This document shows, one piece after another, positions 10,781 to 24,528 of a stretch of 64,000 bases of DNA. Position numbers and translations under genes: made by a program. The DNA comes from Nemertoderma westbladi (lineage: Eukaryota; Animalia; Xenacoelomorpha). The stretch covers positions 1 through 64,000 of the forward strand of contig JAUCBJ010006059.1 of the NCBI GenBank assembly GCA_032718475.1. The letters are read 5' to 3'. Within the stretch, counting starts at the first letter, position 1; each line of letters begins with the position of its first letter. The notes beneath the pieces were generated by a model. It was not told the origin of the DNA. It did no database searches and saw only the letters and a program-made list of their open reading frames with translations.

Positions 10781-11795
10781 GGGTGCTGGTCACCTCGGTA
10801 CACTGCCACTTCGCTGCAGGTCACCTCGCCGCAGATAATGTGCGGCGAGGTGTCTTGCGGCGAGGTGTCTCACTGTGAATGCCATTTCGGCGCAAATTAT
10901 CGGACACCTCGCCGCAAGTCAATATTAATCATTTATTTCTATATTTACAGGAAACCCTACTTATGGCATTGGACATTATTATAAAAAGAAATAAAATAAT
11001 ACGGTAAGGTTTGTTGTTTTATTATAATTACTGTATTATATTACATGTTATTATAGATACAGTACAGCAGTCAGGCAGTAAGAGTATTTGAGTAACGTAT
11101 TAGATTATAGTAAAATACGGATACGGTCATTGAAGTTGTTTCCATGTCATTGACTACTTTGCAGCGTTACGAGTAATTCACCATAACGCTGTTAAGTTGA
11201 CATAATGTAACAATAACTAGGCTATTTACGTACATGTACAATGCGTTCACGTAGTTTTTGTAATGCAGTACAGGTAACTAAGTACGGAAACGGAAGTAAG
11301 GCAACATATTGTAATAAGGTTAATACTGTATGTTTATGTTAAATCTTAATTCAGTAATTACAAATGTTATGTTCTTAGTGCAGTAGGCCCTAGTGGATTG
11401 ATATACTTATCAGTCACTGACCACTGTCAGTCACTTTTTTTGTTAAGTGCAAAATTATGGTCGAAATTTGTGTGGAATTAATATCGCACTACCAAATCGC
11501 CAGGACAAATTTAAGAAATTCCAACAAATAATTATTTATTACATGGGAAAAAAGTAGAACTTTTTTTTACTATTCTCGAGGCATTTTTAATACGTTAGGC
11601 CTACTCAAATACTCTCACTGTATCTATAATAATACAGTAATTATAATAGAACAACAAACCTCACCGTCTGACTTACCTGCGCGGGGTCCGATAATTTGAG
11701 GCGAAATGGCATTCAAAGTGAGACACCTCGCCGCACATTATCTGCGGCGAGGTGACCTGCAGCGAAGTGGCAGTGTGGCGAGGTGACCAGCACCC
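10781..11795. mobile_element. Mutator-like (MULE) foldback MITE
   Basis: Long TIRs GGGTGCTGGTCACCTCG.../...CGAGGTGACCAGCACCC with internal CACCTCGCCGCA repeats. 9-bp TSD GAATGAGAC/GAATGGGAC (one mismatch). Confidence 0.85.
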
Positions 11796-12229
11796 GAATG
11801 GGACCACAACACGAAAACTAACATAGCCATGTAAACGGCGTTTTCGCTGTTGGAATGTTGGGTAGCCTAGCGTAATAAATTTTAGGAAAATTCAAGAAAT
11901 CTCGGTTTTACAAACAAATCTGACTCAATAATACAGTAATATGTCTCAATAATATAATATGACTCAATAGTATGACTCCCCCCCCCCCCCCCCCCCCTGT
12001 AGAAAAATATTTCAGTTTTTATAGTACACACACAGTTAGTACCGGTAGTTGAGTAAGATTACCGGTACGTAGTACAGTAGTAGTCCTTGGTATCGATACA
12101 TTAAATTGGGAACTGAAACACAAGACGGAAGGAAAATCTTAACTTGGTCGGCTATTTCAGTATATTTTGTTGCCCATCCTACAAGCACGAACCCGATTTC
12201 TGTAGGCCTATCGATTCCACAATCAGACA

Positions 12230-14659
12230 ATGGTTCAGTGTAACCCGACTCTCTCCGACCTACGGGTGCAGTGTGTGTCCGGCTCCGAGCTGTACAAGGT
12301 CCGTCCATTGTTTACTCCATGCTCCAAGTACCTCGTATGTTCCAGCGGAACAAACGTCCTAATTTACTCGGTAGCATCAGGCCATCTCGTCGCTACGCTC
12401 TCCAAACACATAGACGACGTCACCGGGTTCTGTATCCACCCTATCAACCCCTTCCAACTGATCAGCTGCGGCAGGGACAACTTCCTACGCTTCTGGGATT
12501 ACACAGAAAGGAAACTTCTATACTCAAAGAACACCAACGTCGCTATATTCGGCGTTTACGCGAGCTCCAAAGACTACATCGTAGTGCTCTCGAATCCCAC
12601 TCACCCGAACCCCAGACGCGGGTTCCTCCGTAGATTAGAACTTGAAGGACGGAGTCTCGACGCGGACTCTCTGATTGCCCAACACGTTTACCCCAATCCT
12701 GATTGCGTCGCATTCACCTCCAAGCCGAACCTCATCGCTTTTATTAAACTCCAACGGGGATCGCGTTCCGTCTGCCGTCTCTACGTGCGGAACGCAACAG
12801 ATACAGAACGTTCCGACGTTCTCAACGTGATCGTGGACGGTGAGGTGCGTTGCTTAGCTACCCACCCGACCTCGGATTGCGTGGCCGTTGGACTATCCGA
12901 CGGGTTTATTAAACTCATCCATTGGGCCTCCGATAAACCCGCCTTCTCCTCCTGTAGATGGCACTCGCTCTCCGTGGCCGGGTTGTGTTTCAACCGCGAC
13001 GGGTCACATCTTCTCTCGGTCGGGGTCGAGGCGGTCCTGGTTAAATGGGACGCCAACGACCTGTACACCCGCGACTACCTCCCGCGTCTGGGCGCCCCGC
13101 TCACCCACGTTGTCGTCTCGCGTTGCGGCCGTCTCCGTGCCGTCACCGCTACCAACGACGCCGTCTACATCATCTCCTCCAACTCCGAGGTTCTCCGCAA
13201 CGTCGGCGGATTCGCGAGGAACTTCGATCCCGGCCTGTCGGCCCTCCCGTTGCGTCCAGCCGCGCTGCTGTACGACCCGCGGACCCGCTCGCTCGTGGCC
13301 AACGGACAGCCCGGCTGTCTGCAGTGGTTGTCCGTCGGTCGCTCTGTCCGCTGTCTGTTCAACCTGGACATCACCTCGCAGGACTACGTGTCCCCGTCCT
13401 CCCTCTCCCAGACGGTCCCTCTCGCCCAGGTCTGCCTCGCTTCTCTCCAAGACCGCTGGTTGGCCACCGTTGAACTCCAACCGCTTCCGGACTTCCCGAC
13501 TCCGGAGCTCCGCATGAAACTCTGGGAGTTTCTCGACAAGGAACAGAAGTTCTCCCTCAACACTGTGGTTGAGGAACCGCACGGGGAATTCCTAGTCAAC
13601 TCCCTCAACTTCCGCCCAATAATGACGTCATCCTCCGCAGAAACCCCCGCCATGACGTCACCTTCATTAGCAACCACCGGTAACGACGGCAACCTCCGTC
13701 TGTGGTCCCTGGTCTCCGACCCCGATGACGTCACCACCTCCAACTTCCGCCTCTCTATGACGTCATCCGCATCCTTCCACTCCCTCCCAGCGGGCCCCAG
13801 CTGTTTCTCCCCCTGCGGCATCCGATTGGCCGTCGCTTATAGCAACGCGGTTTGCCTGTACACCTCGGACTCTCTGAGTCTCCCCGACGCCCCCGTCTAC
13901 CACCCGACACAGACCCCGGTCGTCGGTCTGGCCGTCGGGGCGGACTCCCTGCTGACATACTGCCGAACTTCCGCCGTGTTCTGGAGACCCGGGTCTCCCA
14001 TCGCAACGACCACATCGAACCGATCAGTGACCGCGGCTGTCTACAACGCCACCAACGATCTCTACTGCGTGTTCACCTCCAAGAAGGACTTCTACCTTAT
14101 CAGTGGGTCCGACTTCCGTCCCGTCTTCTCCCTCCGTAACATCTGCGACAGCCCCATCGTCGCCGCTGTCTTCCTCCCCGGTTCCCTCAACATTTACTTC
14201 CTCACGGAGTCGCAACGCCTCTACCGAGTCCAACATTCGGTTGCTACGGATACCGACTCCGAGACAGACACCCCCTCACTCCCGACCGAAACTCCCCTCT
14301 CCAACCTTCTCACTCTATCTAAATCTCAATGTATCCCGAAGCCGCCGAGTTCGACCCCCAGCGACTCCATCTTACTCCCCGGGTTTCTCTCGACTTCTAT
14401 CACTATTCTCCCCCCATTGACTGACATCGCTCCCCACTTCTTCGCATCTCTTCTCAACGAATCGGTTCCTTTTACCGAATCGAGTTCGATTGATTCTCCT
14501 ACCGACAGTTCCGATATGCCAGTAAACCCGGGACCTGTTGGTACGAGAAGTAATACTCCTAATATTATTGGTTATGGTGAAGATGTTACAATAGATCAAT
14601 TAGATTTTGATATTTTAGATGTTTTGATGGAAGGAATATATAAAAATCATGATGATTGA
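12230..14659 (+). CDS. WDR75: WD repeat-containing protein 75 (UTP17/NAN1; SSU processome t-UTP subunit), single coding exon
   Basis: 809-aa ORF. N-terminus LRVQCVSGSEL..PLFTPCSKYL..IYSV.SG matches the WDR75 start as I recall it. Also HPINPFQLISCGRDNFLRFWDY, RWHSLSV..L.F..DG..LLS.G.E.VLVKW, LPRLGAP, NGQPGCLQW, WLATVE and F.LNT.VEEPH. Confidence 0.93.
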   Translation: MVQCNPTLSDLRVQCVSGSELYKVRPLFTPCSKYLVCSSGTNVLIYSVASGHLVATLSKHIDDVTGFCIHPINPFQLISCGRDNFLRFWDYTERKLLYSKNTNVAIFGVYASSKDYIVVLSNPTHPNPRRGFLRRLELEGRSLDADSLIAQHVYPNPDCVAFTSKPNLIAFIKLQRGSRSVCRLYVRNATDTERSDVLNVIVDGEVRCLATHPTSDCVAVGLSDGFIKLIHWASDKPAFSSCRWHSLSVAGLCFNRDGSHLLSVGVEAVLVKWDANDLYTRDYLPRLGAPLTHVVVSRCGRLRAVTATNDAVYIISSNSEVLRNVGGFARNFDPGLSALPLRPAALLYDPRTRSLVANGQPGCLQWLSVGRSVRCLFNLDITSQDYVSPSSLSQTVPLAQVCLASLQDRWLATVELQPLPDFPTPELRMKLWEFLDKEQKFSLNTVVEEPHGEFLVNSLNFRPIMTSSSAETPAMTSPSLATTGNDGNLRLWSLVSDPDDVTTSNFRLSMTSSASFHSLPAGPSCFSPCGIRLAVAYSNAVCLYTSDSLSLPDAPVYHPTQTPVVGLAVGADSLLTYCRTSAVFWRPGSPIATTTSNRSVTAAVYNATNDLYCVFTSKKDFYLISGSDFRPVFSLRNICDSPIVAAVFLPGSLNIYFLTESQRLYRVQHSVATDTDSETDTPSLPTETPLSNLLTLSKSQCIPKPPSSTPSDSILLPGFLSTSITILPPLTDIAPHFFASLLNESVPFTESSSIDSPTDSSDMPVNPGPVGTRSNTPNIIGYGEDVTIDQLDFDILDVLMEGIYKNHDD

Positions 14660-15095
14660 AATTTTTTTATTTTTTTCTCTCATCTTATTTGCTATATTTG
14701 CTACATCTCAAGCTTAATTAAAATGGTTAAAATGTATAAAACCCCTGAATTCCATACAACTGAAACTAAGTGAACACTATACCTAACCAAATACTATCGA
14801 TTCCCAAAACATGAACGGGAAGTTAATAATAACCTACTTTCAGACTTCGTGGCTCGCCCCTCAACCATTTAATAGAAATTGCAATGCCATCTAGCGGACA
14901 TTATGTTATTGTAAATGTTATGTTCAATATTTTTCTAAACGCTGCGATACCTGAGTTATTTTATGATGACTGAAACACGTAGTTAACTGATATACAAGGG
15001 TTTAATCGATGCACCTAATTGCTCTTTTAGCAATAAGTTAAGAATTCTTAGATATTATGGCACCTCTCGCGCGGCAAAGGATCTCACTACCATCG

Positions 15096-15694
15096 ACATA
15101 TGGGAAGGGCGCTCTAGACGCACATAGGGGAGGGGCGCTCTAGACGCACATAGGGGAGGGGCGCTCTAGACGCACATAGGGGAGGGGCGCTCTAGACGCA
15201 CATAGGGGAGGGGCGTTCTAGACGCACATAGGGGAGGGGCGCTCTAGACGCACATAGGGGAGGGGCGCTCTAGACGCACATAGGGGAGGGGCGCTCTAGA
15301 CGCACATAGGGGAGGGGCGCTCTAGACACACATAGGGGAGGGGCGTTCTAGACGCACATAGGGGAGGGGCGCTCTAGACGCACATAGGGGAGGGGCGCTC
15401 TAGACGCACATAGGGGAGGGGCGCTCTAGACGCACATAGGGGAGGGGCGCTCTAGACGCACATAGGGGAGGGGCGCTCTAGACGCACATAGGGGAGGGGC
15501 GCTCTAGGCGCACATAGGGGAGGGGCGCTCTAGACGCACATAGGGGAGGGGCGCTCTAGACGCACATAGGGGAGGGGCGCTCTAGACGCACATAGGGGAG
15601 GGGCGCTCTAGACGCACATAGGGGAGGGGCGCTCTAGACGCACATAGGGGAGGGGCGCTCTAGACGCACATAGGGGAGGGGCGCTCTAGACGCA
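15096..15694. repeat. 26-bp G-rich minisatellite, ~23 copies
   Basis: Unit GGGGAGGGGCGCTCTAGACGCACATA, nearly invariant. Confidence 0.95.
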
Positions 15695-15849
15695 ATTAAA
15701 ATGCATCTCCAGTGGAAAAAAAAAACAAAAAAAACACTAAATTTCATACCTATTGATATTCACTTTATTCATTTTTATTTAATGAAATCGTCTTTTTAAA
15801 CATTCTCCAGCTGTTCTATAATGTTATTCTCATTAGCCCAAGCAAGGCA

Positions 15850-16651
15850 ATCGTAATACAAAATACAAGGCCAGCTCACCCCCCTCGAACAGCTGATCAA
15901 CTCAGTCATACTTAATTTTGGAATAAAATTATAACATTACATAAATAGCTATAGCTGCCCATGTATTTTATTTAATATTCCGAAATGAATGTAATGGCGA
16001 TTGATTATTTGCATTACTCATACGAATTACTATTATTACAGTAGCTAACGTACAGTACTTCACGTATTTGGTATTTAATATTGATTTATTATTTATTTAT
16101 ATTATTGATGAAAGCAGAGAAGAAAGTGCGAATAAGTAGTGTATTTTCAATGTACAACAATGGAGATCACGTAAGAGTCGAACTATACTGTCCTTATAAA
16201 ATATGTAGAAGTTTATTGAAATAAGAGATAAAAACAAGCAGGAAATGTGTATAGAAAATGGTATGATAATTTGGTATACTATACCATTACGTTACAGAGT
16301 AGACATCCAACGAAAATGGAAACTTGCATTTATTATTGTAATCAGTTTTCCGATCTACTTATTTAAGCAAGAACCTACATTTTTTTAAATAAACCTAGGA
16401 TAGATAGGCGGATATCTCAGATAGCGGATAGGCTCAGCCTAACAAACAAACGTGATACAAAGCATCGTAATTCCCTGCCTTTCTTCTTCAATTTGATATA
16501 TTATATGATTACATATATTTTCGTCAGCCCGAGTAACACAACTTTGAAATATTGGTATTGTAAGGCAATAAGAAAACGCCAAAAGGTATGACTTCTTATA
16601 TCAGCTGATCGATAGGTATTCTAGAATGTAGTGAGCAGGCCTTGTATTACG
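15850..16651. mobile_element. MITE with TIR ATCGTAATACAAGGCC (second family member at 55486-55937)
   Basis: Ends ATCGTAATACA..AAGGCC and GGCCTTGTATTACG. Internal sequence is shared, in inverted orientation, with 55486-55937. Confidence 0.65.
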
Positions 16652-17862
16652 TTACGATGTTATTGGCCCAAGGTCGCCTTGCATTGCCCCCAGCTTTATC
16701 ACAATAATACCATTGCAAAAATAATTGTAATTCGAGCTTTCGTTCAAAAAATATTTGGCGTAAATTAGTACCCAGCCTTATATTGCCGTTTCCACGGTTT
16801 TTAATTGTACTGTCACCGTACTGAAGTTACAGTGACAGTGAAGTGATTCCAGTTGAATACATTATGACCAATCCTTTTGCTCAAATGTTCATGAAAATCA
16901 TTCAAATGAATAAACAACATGTGTTTTTAAAACTATTAATACCACAACCAACTTTTTCAGGCTCAATACCCGTTATTATTTTCGAATAACTCACTGTACT
17001 GCTAGAAGGGCACACACGCATCACCGACATACATACCATAGGATTACCATTATTATCATATAATTGTGTTGCATAATGTTATATGCCATATATGCTATAA
17101 TGCTATATATCATATGGGGTGTTCATGTGTGCGTATGCTATGTGTATGTGTAGCCTATTACAGAAAATGATATTTTACAGCTGAAGCTTTTATGCGGATG
17201 GCTGCCACATGGTATATAAAATTAATTGGTAGACCGCTCGGAAATAGTAACATAAACACGTGGTTGGCGCATTCACAACGGAAAATAGCCTACATAAAAT
17301 ATACAAAACCGATAACATAGTTATATAATATTAATTAATTTAAAACATTTGAATTATAGCCATTTACGTCTCAAGATTTACACCTTAGTAGTTTAATAAT
17401 ATCTTTGACAGTTTTTGGTTAAATTAAAACGGTTTTCTGATTTGGAATCGGCAGATGAAGGCGGTTCAAATGATAACACGATTTCACTCAAAATACGAAA
17501 AATATAGCCGATGGAGGTTGCAAAATATTGCCAAATAGACGATTTTTAGGGCTTGTTGTATCGAAATAGCATACAAATTGAAAAATCCGGACTGTCACCT
17601 GCAAGAAAAGTTGTCGAACTATCATCATACCAAATTTTGTGGCATAGGATTGAAATTTTAAAAAAAATTAGGGGGGGGGGAGGGAGGGCTCCGACTTGCT
17701 AAAAATGGTTGTTGTATTAGGGGAGATGGAGTATTATTTATATTCAAGAATAATCCCCTACTACACTGCAGCTCAATTAAAGCACGGGTCACACATGTGC
17801 TTTCAACTAAAAGATACTGTAGAACACATTATAGCCTTAGAGACGTCGCAGTCCACTTATAT

Positions 17863-20800
17863 CGATGGCACCATCATGACGAACAGTCGTATTCATGTTT
17901 TGATGATTTTGAGAAAATGGCGTTTGAAAATTTTTAGTTTTTTAATTATGCATAACTTGCAATCAACGTTATAAAACCGCTTCATATTTTATTGTAACAG
18001 CAATTTTGATGAGGGCTTTCAGAAAAAAAATATTTTTTTTTATTTGAATAGTATGACGTCATGTAATGACGCCATATTTGAAATACGCCGTTTCGTCAAA
18101 AAAAATATCAAGGGCTTTTGCCAAAAGAAGTCAAGTAGTATATTTTTACTTATAGCATAAGCCCGGTTCACAATGGAGCAATAAGGTCCTCCATTGTAAT
18201 TCTGAATATAATTAATTATAGTTTTTCTAAAATTAGAAACGATTATTTGTTCTTATTTGTATTACTGGGTCTAAGACCTTTAATCCTTCCTTAAAACTTG
18301 TTTCTTCATTGTGAACAACTACTGTACCAATTTATTATTCCCTATTGCTCCATTTCCTTCAAGCTTTTTCCATGAAGGAGCGGGAGATTCAAATCTTTGT
18401 ATTTGTATTTGGATAATCATTATTAATTAGTCTACCTTACTACAGGCAGTACCGGTACTTACAACCCAAAAGAGCCTATATAGGGTTGAACTTGTAAGTG
18501 AACCGAGCAAAACGAGAGCGAAACTTTTTCTAACACATTTCTTTGCTAACGGTAATAGCTACCAGTAAGAGTTGCCTTGAGGCCTACAGGTACCGATACA
18601 GTTCTGGTGCTGCACTATAGTAGGCTTTCAAAAGTAAATATGCTATACCAGTACTATCAGTCTATATCAGATAGAGTATAATAGTTTAGCCACCCCATTT
18701 TTTTGTCAGTTCCCTATTTTTGCTACCGGTATCTAAACATCCTGTGTGAAATTTCAACGAAATTTGTTAGGATCAAAAAATTATAGCTCAATACTCGCTA
18801 TCCATCACCCAAAGAAAAATTTGTGCGGTCTTTGCGAAACGCACCGTAGTGCTGTAAAGACCCAAAATATTGTTGGTGGTGAGATTAATGCTGCGCTGAA
18901 AGAAGAGTACGAGCAGCACACTAGTGAAAAGTTGAAATATAGAGAGATAAAAGAGGATTTAACAAAAAGAGCAAAAGCTGATGAATGTAACCAAATCGCC
19001 GCTACTTCATTTGACCTTGAGCAGGTCATTTACCTTCCAAAATCCAACAGGGCGGAAATCTTTTATAAGAGACGTTTAGCAAATTATAATTTTACAATAT
19101 ATAATCTGGCTTCAAAAGAGGTACATTGCTAGTTGTGGTATGAGGCAGTCGCTCAGCGGGGATCGAATGAAATCTCATCATTTCTTAATAAGTGGCTTCA
19201 TTTCCAATATGGTAGGGGAGTGGCAGACATTAAACTGTTTGCAGATGGATGCAGCGGCCAGAATAAGAACTCGATTTTGCCTCCTATGTTTCGTGAATTC
19301 CTAGTGAATTTGAAGAAAGCAGAGAGTGTTCATCTAATTATATCTGTGCCAAATCTTGGTCAATGTGAAGGGTACTCAGTCCATGCTTGTGTGGAGAGGG
19401 CCATGAAGCGCTGTGGGGATATTATGCTTCCATCACAGCTTATACCTGTAATTAAGTTGAGTAGAAATAAACCGTATAATGTAATAGAAGTTACTAGTGA
19501 TGATATAAACGATTTCAAGGAGTATTCCAGATCTCTTGGAATCTTAAAGACCAGAGAGAGTGACAATGGGGTGAATGTCAATTGGCCTTCAATTTGCCAA
19601 ATATTGGTTAAAAAGGTAGACCCAGAGAAAATTTACTTCAAGAATATGCATCAACAACCGGAATTTGATGCCATTACTCTTCCCAAAATTCGAGAAAGAA
19701 TATATATTTCAGCTATAGCTAAAGCATATACTTCAGCTCCACGATTGGCTACAGGAAAGTATGATGACCTCGTTTCGCTCTGTACTGGTAATACACCAGT
19801 GATACCCGCCGTGTATTCGCAATTTTATCTTTCCCTTCCACATCATAATTCAACAAACATATTGGAAAACTTAACAACAAGTACTCATACTAATCTTATG
19901 AATGTTTATTATGAATTTTTATATTAAATTTTTTTTTATAAGCAATCAACATATTCATATCAAGCAACCTATATAAAATATAGATTGTATGTATAACCCT
20001 TCACCCACACACATAATTATAAATAATTGATTAATTATACTAATATTTACATAATTATAAAAACAGATTGACTTATGGATCTAATACTGCCCAGCAAGGT
20101 CGTTGCCGCGCAATCCCGCACCGTCGCCGAATCCCAAGCATCGCCATGGGCGACGACCGCCTCGGAGGCAGAGGGAGCTAGACCGGAGGAGAGCGAACTG
20201 TTCAATCTTATGAATTAACTCAATATTCATTGAAGGAAAAGTAATTAAATAATATTGTTCTCTATAATTCTTAAAATATTTTACATTCAGAAGAAAACAA
20301 TTCATTGTTTTCCATTTATACGGGGGGCGGGGGGGGGGGGGGGGGGTGGGGGTCGAGGGCGAATCAACAATGTCAATTTTCAATTTAGGGAAAGGAACAG
20401 GTTCCTGTGACCGGTTATTCTAACCAGCACAACAATAATCGAAAGAGAAGTTACAGTTTCATTTTTGCTTCTAATAAGCTGTTATTTCCATCGATTTTCC
20501 CCTGGATAGTTAAATGTTGATCTTCTGGGGGGATAAATAAAAGTGTTGTATAATGAGAGTATTTAATATTGGAAGTAAGTGTGGCATCCTCTCTGCCTTA
20601 TATTAACAGCCAAGAGAGCGAGAGTGGAGCCTTTGGATTGCCTTTGGTGTTTTGTGTTTCACGTCCAACAATAACTTTATTACTTTACAATATGAGCAGT
20701 GTTGTACCCACCCACTTGCATAAATAAATGTATCATAAATTTTCTGTCAAGTTCAACTCTACTCTCATTGTTTTAGGCAAATTAGTTAATATTGCATATT

Positions 20801-21140
20801 GAAATATAAATAAAACATCAATATAACAATATTAGTAAGGTTTCTTACATTTTAGTTCATATTTTTATAAACATTAATAGGTCGTATTACAAGATAATCA
20901 TTGACTAACTTTTTGACGAACAGACGTTTTGGAAAATTTTTCGTATACGACCTTTCGTCAAATTAAAATTATTTAGAAATACCATATAAGGCCGTTTGCT
21001 TTTTACTGTATAGTGTTTAATACTGAAGATATGAATACGACCTTTTGTCAAAACATAGTTCCACCTTTTATGAACTCAAATACCCAATAAAGTCAAAATC
21101 GCAAAAATTGCCAATACGACTGTTCGTCAAGATGCCATCG
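17863..21140 (+). mobile_element. Sola1-type DNA transposon, defective
   Basis: TIRs CGATGGCA..TGACGAACAGTCGTATT / AATACGACTGTTCGTCAAGATGCCATCG. 4-bp TSD ATAT (AWWT). Internal transposase remnant. Confidence 0.85.
18746..19927 (+). pseudogene. Sola-family transposase with an in-frame stop and apparent 5' truncation
   Basis: FDLEQVIYLP..IFYKRRL..YNFTIYNL..C*.WYE..AQRGSNEISSFL..LFADGCSGQNKN..SVHACVER. TAG at 19130-19132 splits two ORFs in the same frame. Confidence 0.85.
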
Positions 21141-21373
21141 ATATAATGTACTAGTCCTATGTTTTACCTAACTTGAAAGTTGAACGCTGGCATTTCTTAT
21201 TATCATCCTCCCAAAACTATACCAACTACGCTTATTTATCTACTGAATATTGCGCAATTCTCTGTTGTATTGCAATATAATAATAGCTTTAGTTGAATGT
21301 TTATGTGTGAACCAGGACGTAGTTATTTGAATGTTGAAAGCTACTGTGATCCGGCCTAATATAGCTTTGTGTA

Positions 21374-21905
21374 CTTATCAACAAAATTGCGCCGCCACAA
21401 CTCCCTATCCCCCATGACTTTCGCGAGATTGTCCATATCTTTAAGGCCAGTGTACTTTAGAGGCGTTTCATGAAAATCATGGGATGCCCTCCATACTTAT
21501 TCTGTTATGGTTAATGAGGACCAGTTGTGCACATGAGTTTGCCCTCACGGCGAAATAAATAACCTGCGCAGTGGAGGCTGCTCCGTTCAAGTGTCAGACT
21601 TCAAGGAATTAACGATACACCTCCGAGCTGTATACGGTATTCATTGTACCGGTACTTGACACAGTTAACCCAACGTAGCATTCTTGTGTATGTGCCATAC
21701 CGAGATTTGGTGTCATCACCAGTTAGAGCACATCATGTCTCACATATAAGAGTACTGGTACTACTGCTGCTCTAAATAATCGAATCGCGAGATTTCGCTT
21801 TATTCTATGGGGCTTTCAAATTCTCAACATGGACTGCCCAGTGCCCATTCAATACATTCATTCCCCTTAGGTATCCGAAGAGATATTTCTGATCCCAAGA
21901 TCCCG
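21374..21905 (-). mobile_element. RTE-type LINE 3' fragment, degenerate
   Basis: Aligns by eye with 60435-60980 and with the reverse complement of 28365-28758 (e.g. ACAAAATTGCGCCGCCACAACTCCCTATC). Confidence 0.75.
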
Positions 21906-22219
21906 TTTCATTTGTGAAAATAATGCTATATATTATTTTATCCTGCAATAAATAATTATATAATTAAAATCCGTTCTTATTAATACTGTGTTGTGTATTC
22001 ATGGACACTTCCCAATGCGTAATGAAACACAAACAACGTCTCGCATTACATCATGTCACTTCCGTTCCTTAACGCGCCCCCAATCATATTGTGGATTCCT
22101 TTCTTGAATATTATTACTGTCCTCCATTCCTAGTGTCGGTTTACCATTCCAGTGAGTCAGTTTCCTTTGAATCGATGCGACGTGACTATTCAATAACGCT
22201 CCAGCGATACGGCGTTACG

Positions 22220-22620
22220 GATTAGGGTCCAATGCCCCGGATTTGGAGTATAACGCTACGAGCGACCGCGGCTATGGATTATTAATGAGAGGCGGACGGT
22301 ATCGCTGGCGTGCGCAAATAATTCCACGCCTAATCTTGGCACAGCTCTCTAAACCGGCGTATTTTCCCTTGAGATCTCAACTGATTAAATGCACTTCCAC
22401 GATTTGCCATCGGGAACAAAACCTCCCATCGGTTGACATTATATACAAAATACATGAGCGATTGATCTCAGGTAATTGAAGGTAGGCCTTGGCATAAAAT
22501 CAAGATACAGCAGCGCAAATCCAACCTTATATTGTATTATCATTGAGCGATAAGGTCTCTCTTGCTTAGGGGTATTATATAATTCACCCATGATAGTGGA
22601 GGTCCAATGTGGCAGCACCC
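22220..22620 (-). pseudogene. Highly decayed Gypsy-like RT relic
   Basis: Minus-strand fragments resembling YPLPxxxDLxAQ (IIPLSKRDLIAQ), LDxxKAYLQLP and GIxxAPAI, in order but in broken frames. Confidence 0.35.
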
Positions 22621-23559
22621 TGTTGCTGTACCTATACTGCACAGTCTCTCAATTGATTTTATAAATTGCTGGCGCTGTTTTCTAAACTGCGATATGGAAT
22701 AGAAGCCCCGTGATTGACAACGGGGAGCCCTCTTTGACCCAGCGGTAGGTTGCAGCTTCAATCTATAGCGGTGGCTATGTCACCCGATATGAGCCAACCA
22801 TAAGAGAGCCATGCCACTATGGTTTTGATTGATTTGCTCAATTTGAATCCATATACCTTTTTGTACGCAATGTATTACGCATAATTTTGTGGGTGGGATA
22901 GCTGACGAATTGCCAGCTACTAACAAGTCCACCCGTAAACAAATCCTTCTTCGAACGAACTGGAATTTCACTTAGCAAAACGAGCTGAGTGCTGAGTCCA
23001 TCCCTACTTCAATGATTCAACCAATGGCTGTTTCGGGATTTTGCTCAACAAATGATATATATCTATGCTCTGGAATAACTGAATTTAAGAACCTCATATC
23101 ATATTCAGTGTATGGTGAAAGTATTTCACATGTTTTCATATTAGGAGAAGTGTTGCTGATAATTCTTGATCGATTAACACCACTTCTCTAACTAAAATAC
23201 AATTTTCCAGTTTCATCAAACTAGCTCTCGAGTTAATTTCCTATTTATCGTAACAGTAGGGAAGCTGACAGTTAATTTACCTTTCATCAGGTCCATTTCG
23301 CAAAATATTAAAACCATTGTTCGTATATTGCAGAAATTTGATTGCTATATTGATCCCTATAAATCAGCTGAAAGTCTAACTATTTCAAATCTTTTACCTA
23401 CAAGGATCATTTACTTTATTTAATTATTGTTTTCGCTACTAATTCAATAATTTAAGTGTAACTATTATATTAAGTTTTTGTTTAACATATGTGTTCTAAG
23501 TATTTCATATATTGGCTTTGATATTGTTTTCAAATGGTATAATATTAAATCCTTGTATA

Positions 23560-23990
23560 TACATTATAAGTGATAGAAACTGCACAAATTAAATTAGTTG
23601 CTGTATAAATAAATGTAAAAATGACATAAATTATGTTATAAATAAGTTAGCTTATATTTATGGTGGCGTTTGGAGCCATGTTATAATAATATAGCTAGGC
23701 CCTACTGGTTATTAATAGCTATACCCCGCCTACCGGTAGGTAATGCAGTAGGCCTATCTGGCTGTCAGGCAAATACCACCTATTGTTTACGTGGTAACCA
23801 ATGACGGCGTTAAGTAATGTCCGCCCGCTAACGGGACATTAATTAACTACTAGCACCAAATACAATACTAAATGTACAGGTACACGCCAATATAATGCTG
23901 TAATGTCCTCTAAATAACAAATCGCTGTTAATATTAACGGCGTTGAGTAATGTTACAATTATAAATTTAAGTATTATAATGCAAGGTTTT
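23560..23990. repeat. Dispersed repeat with an inverted copy at ~43090-43475
   Basis: Long shared tract, e.g. AATAGCTATACCCCGCCTACCGGTAGGTAATGCAGTAGGCCTATCTGGCTGTCAGGCAAATACCAC, present as its reverse complement near 43275-43345. Confidence 0.8.
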
Positions 23991-24528
23991 ATACAACATA
24001 GTATTTATTAAATACTAACTTTTTAGAAGTCCGTGGTATAATGATAATGTAATGTCAACTGTGATCAAAGACAGTAATAATTCTAAAATACTTCTAAAAG
24101 ACACATTAAATTATTGCAAAAATTCACCTAATAAATAATAATTATTGGCCTTTATTGATCTCTAGTCGCTGCAGCAACGCTTTGTGAGATTAATTATAAT
24201 GATCGATTAATGTAATTCCTCACCCTGAGCATGATTAGCAGTATGATTGATTATTAATAATATTTGATCAATCATAATATTTTAGTTAACTAATCTTCTA
24301 AAAATATTGATTTTTATTTATTTGTATTTATTTTACACTACCATACACCATGCCCTGCAGTGTACAACCTGCCCCCTTCCATATTTTTCTACAAAATCTT
24401 AATGAGATTGCGTGAGATTTGAAATAAAGATACTTTCACTCATCGTTTTGCACCTGCTCGAGGCTATTTCATTCTATTAAATATAAACACCATATTCTAT
24501 AACATTTTGTTTATGTATATTAATAGCT

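Noticed and set aside
12036-14599. Many overlapping alternative-frame and antisense ORFs within WDR75
   Set aside because: Expected from high GC content and low stop-codon frequency. No recognisable domains.
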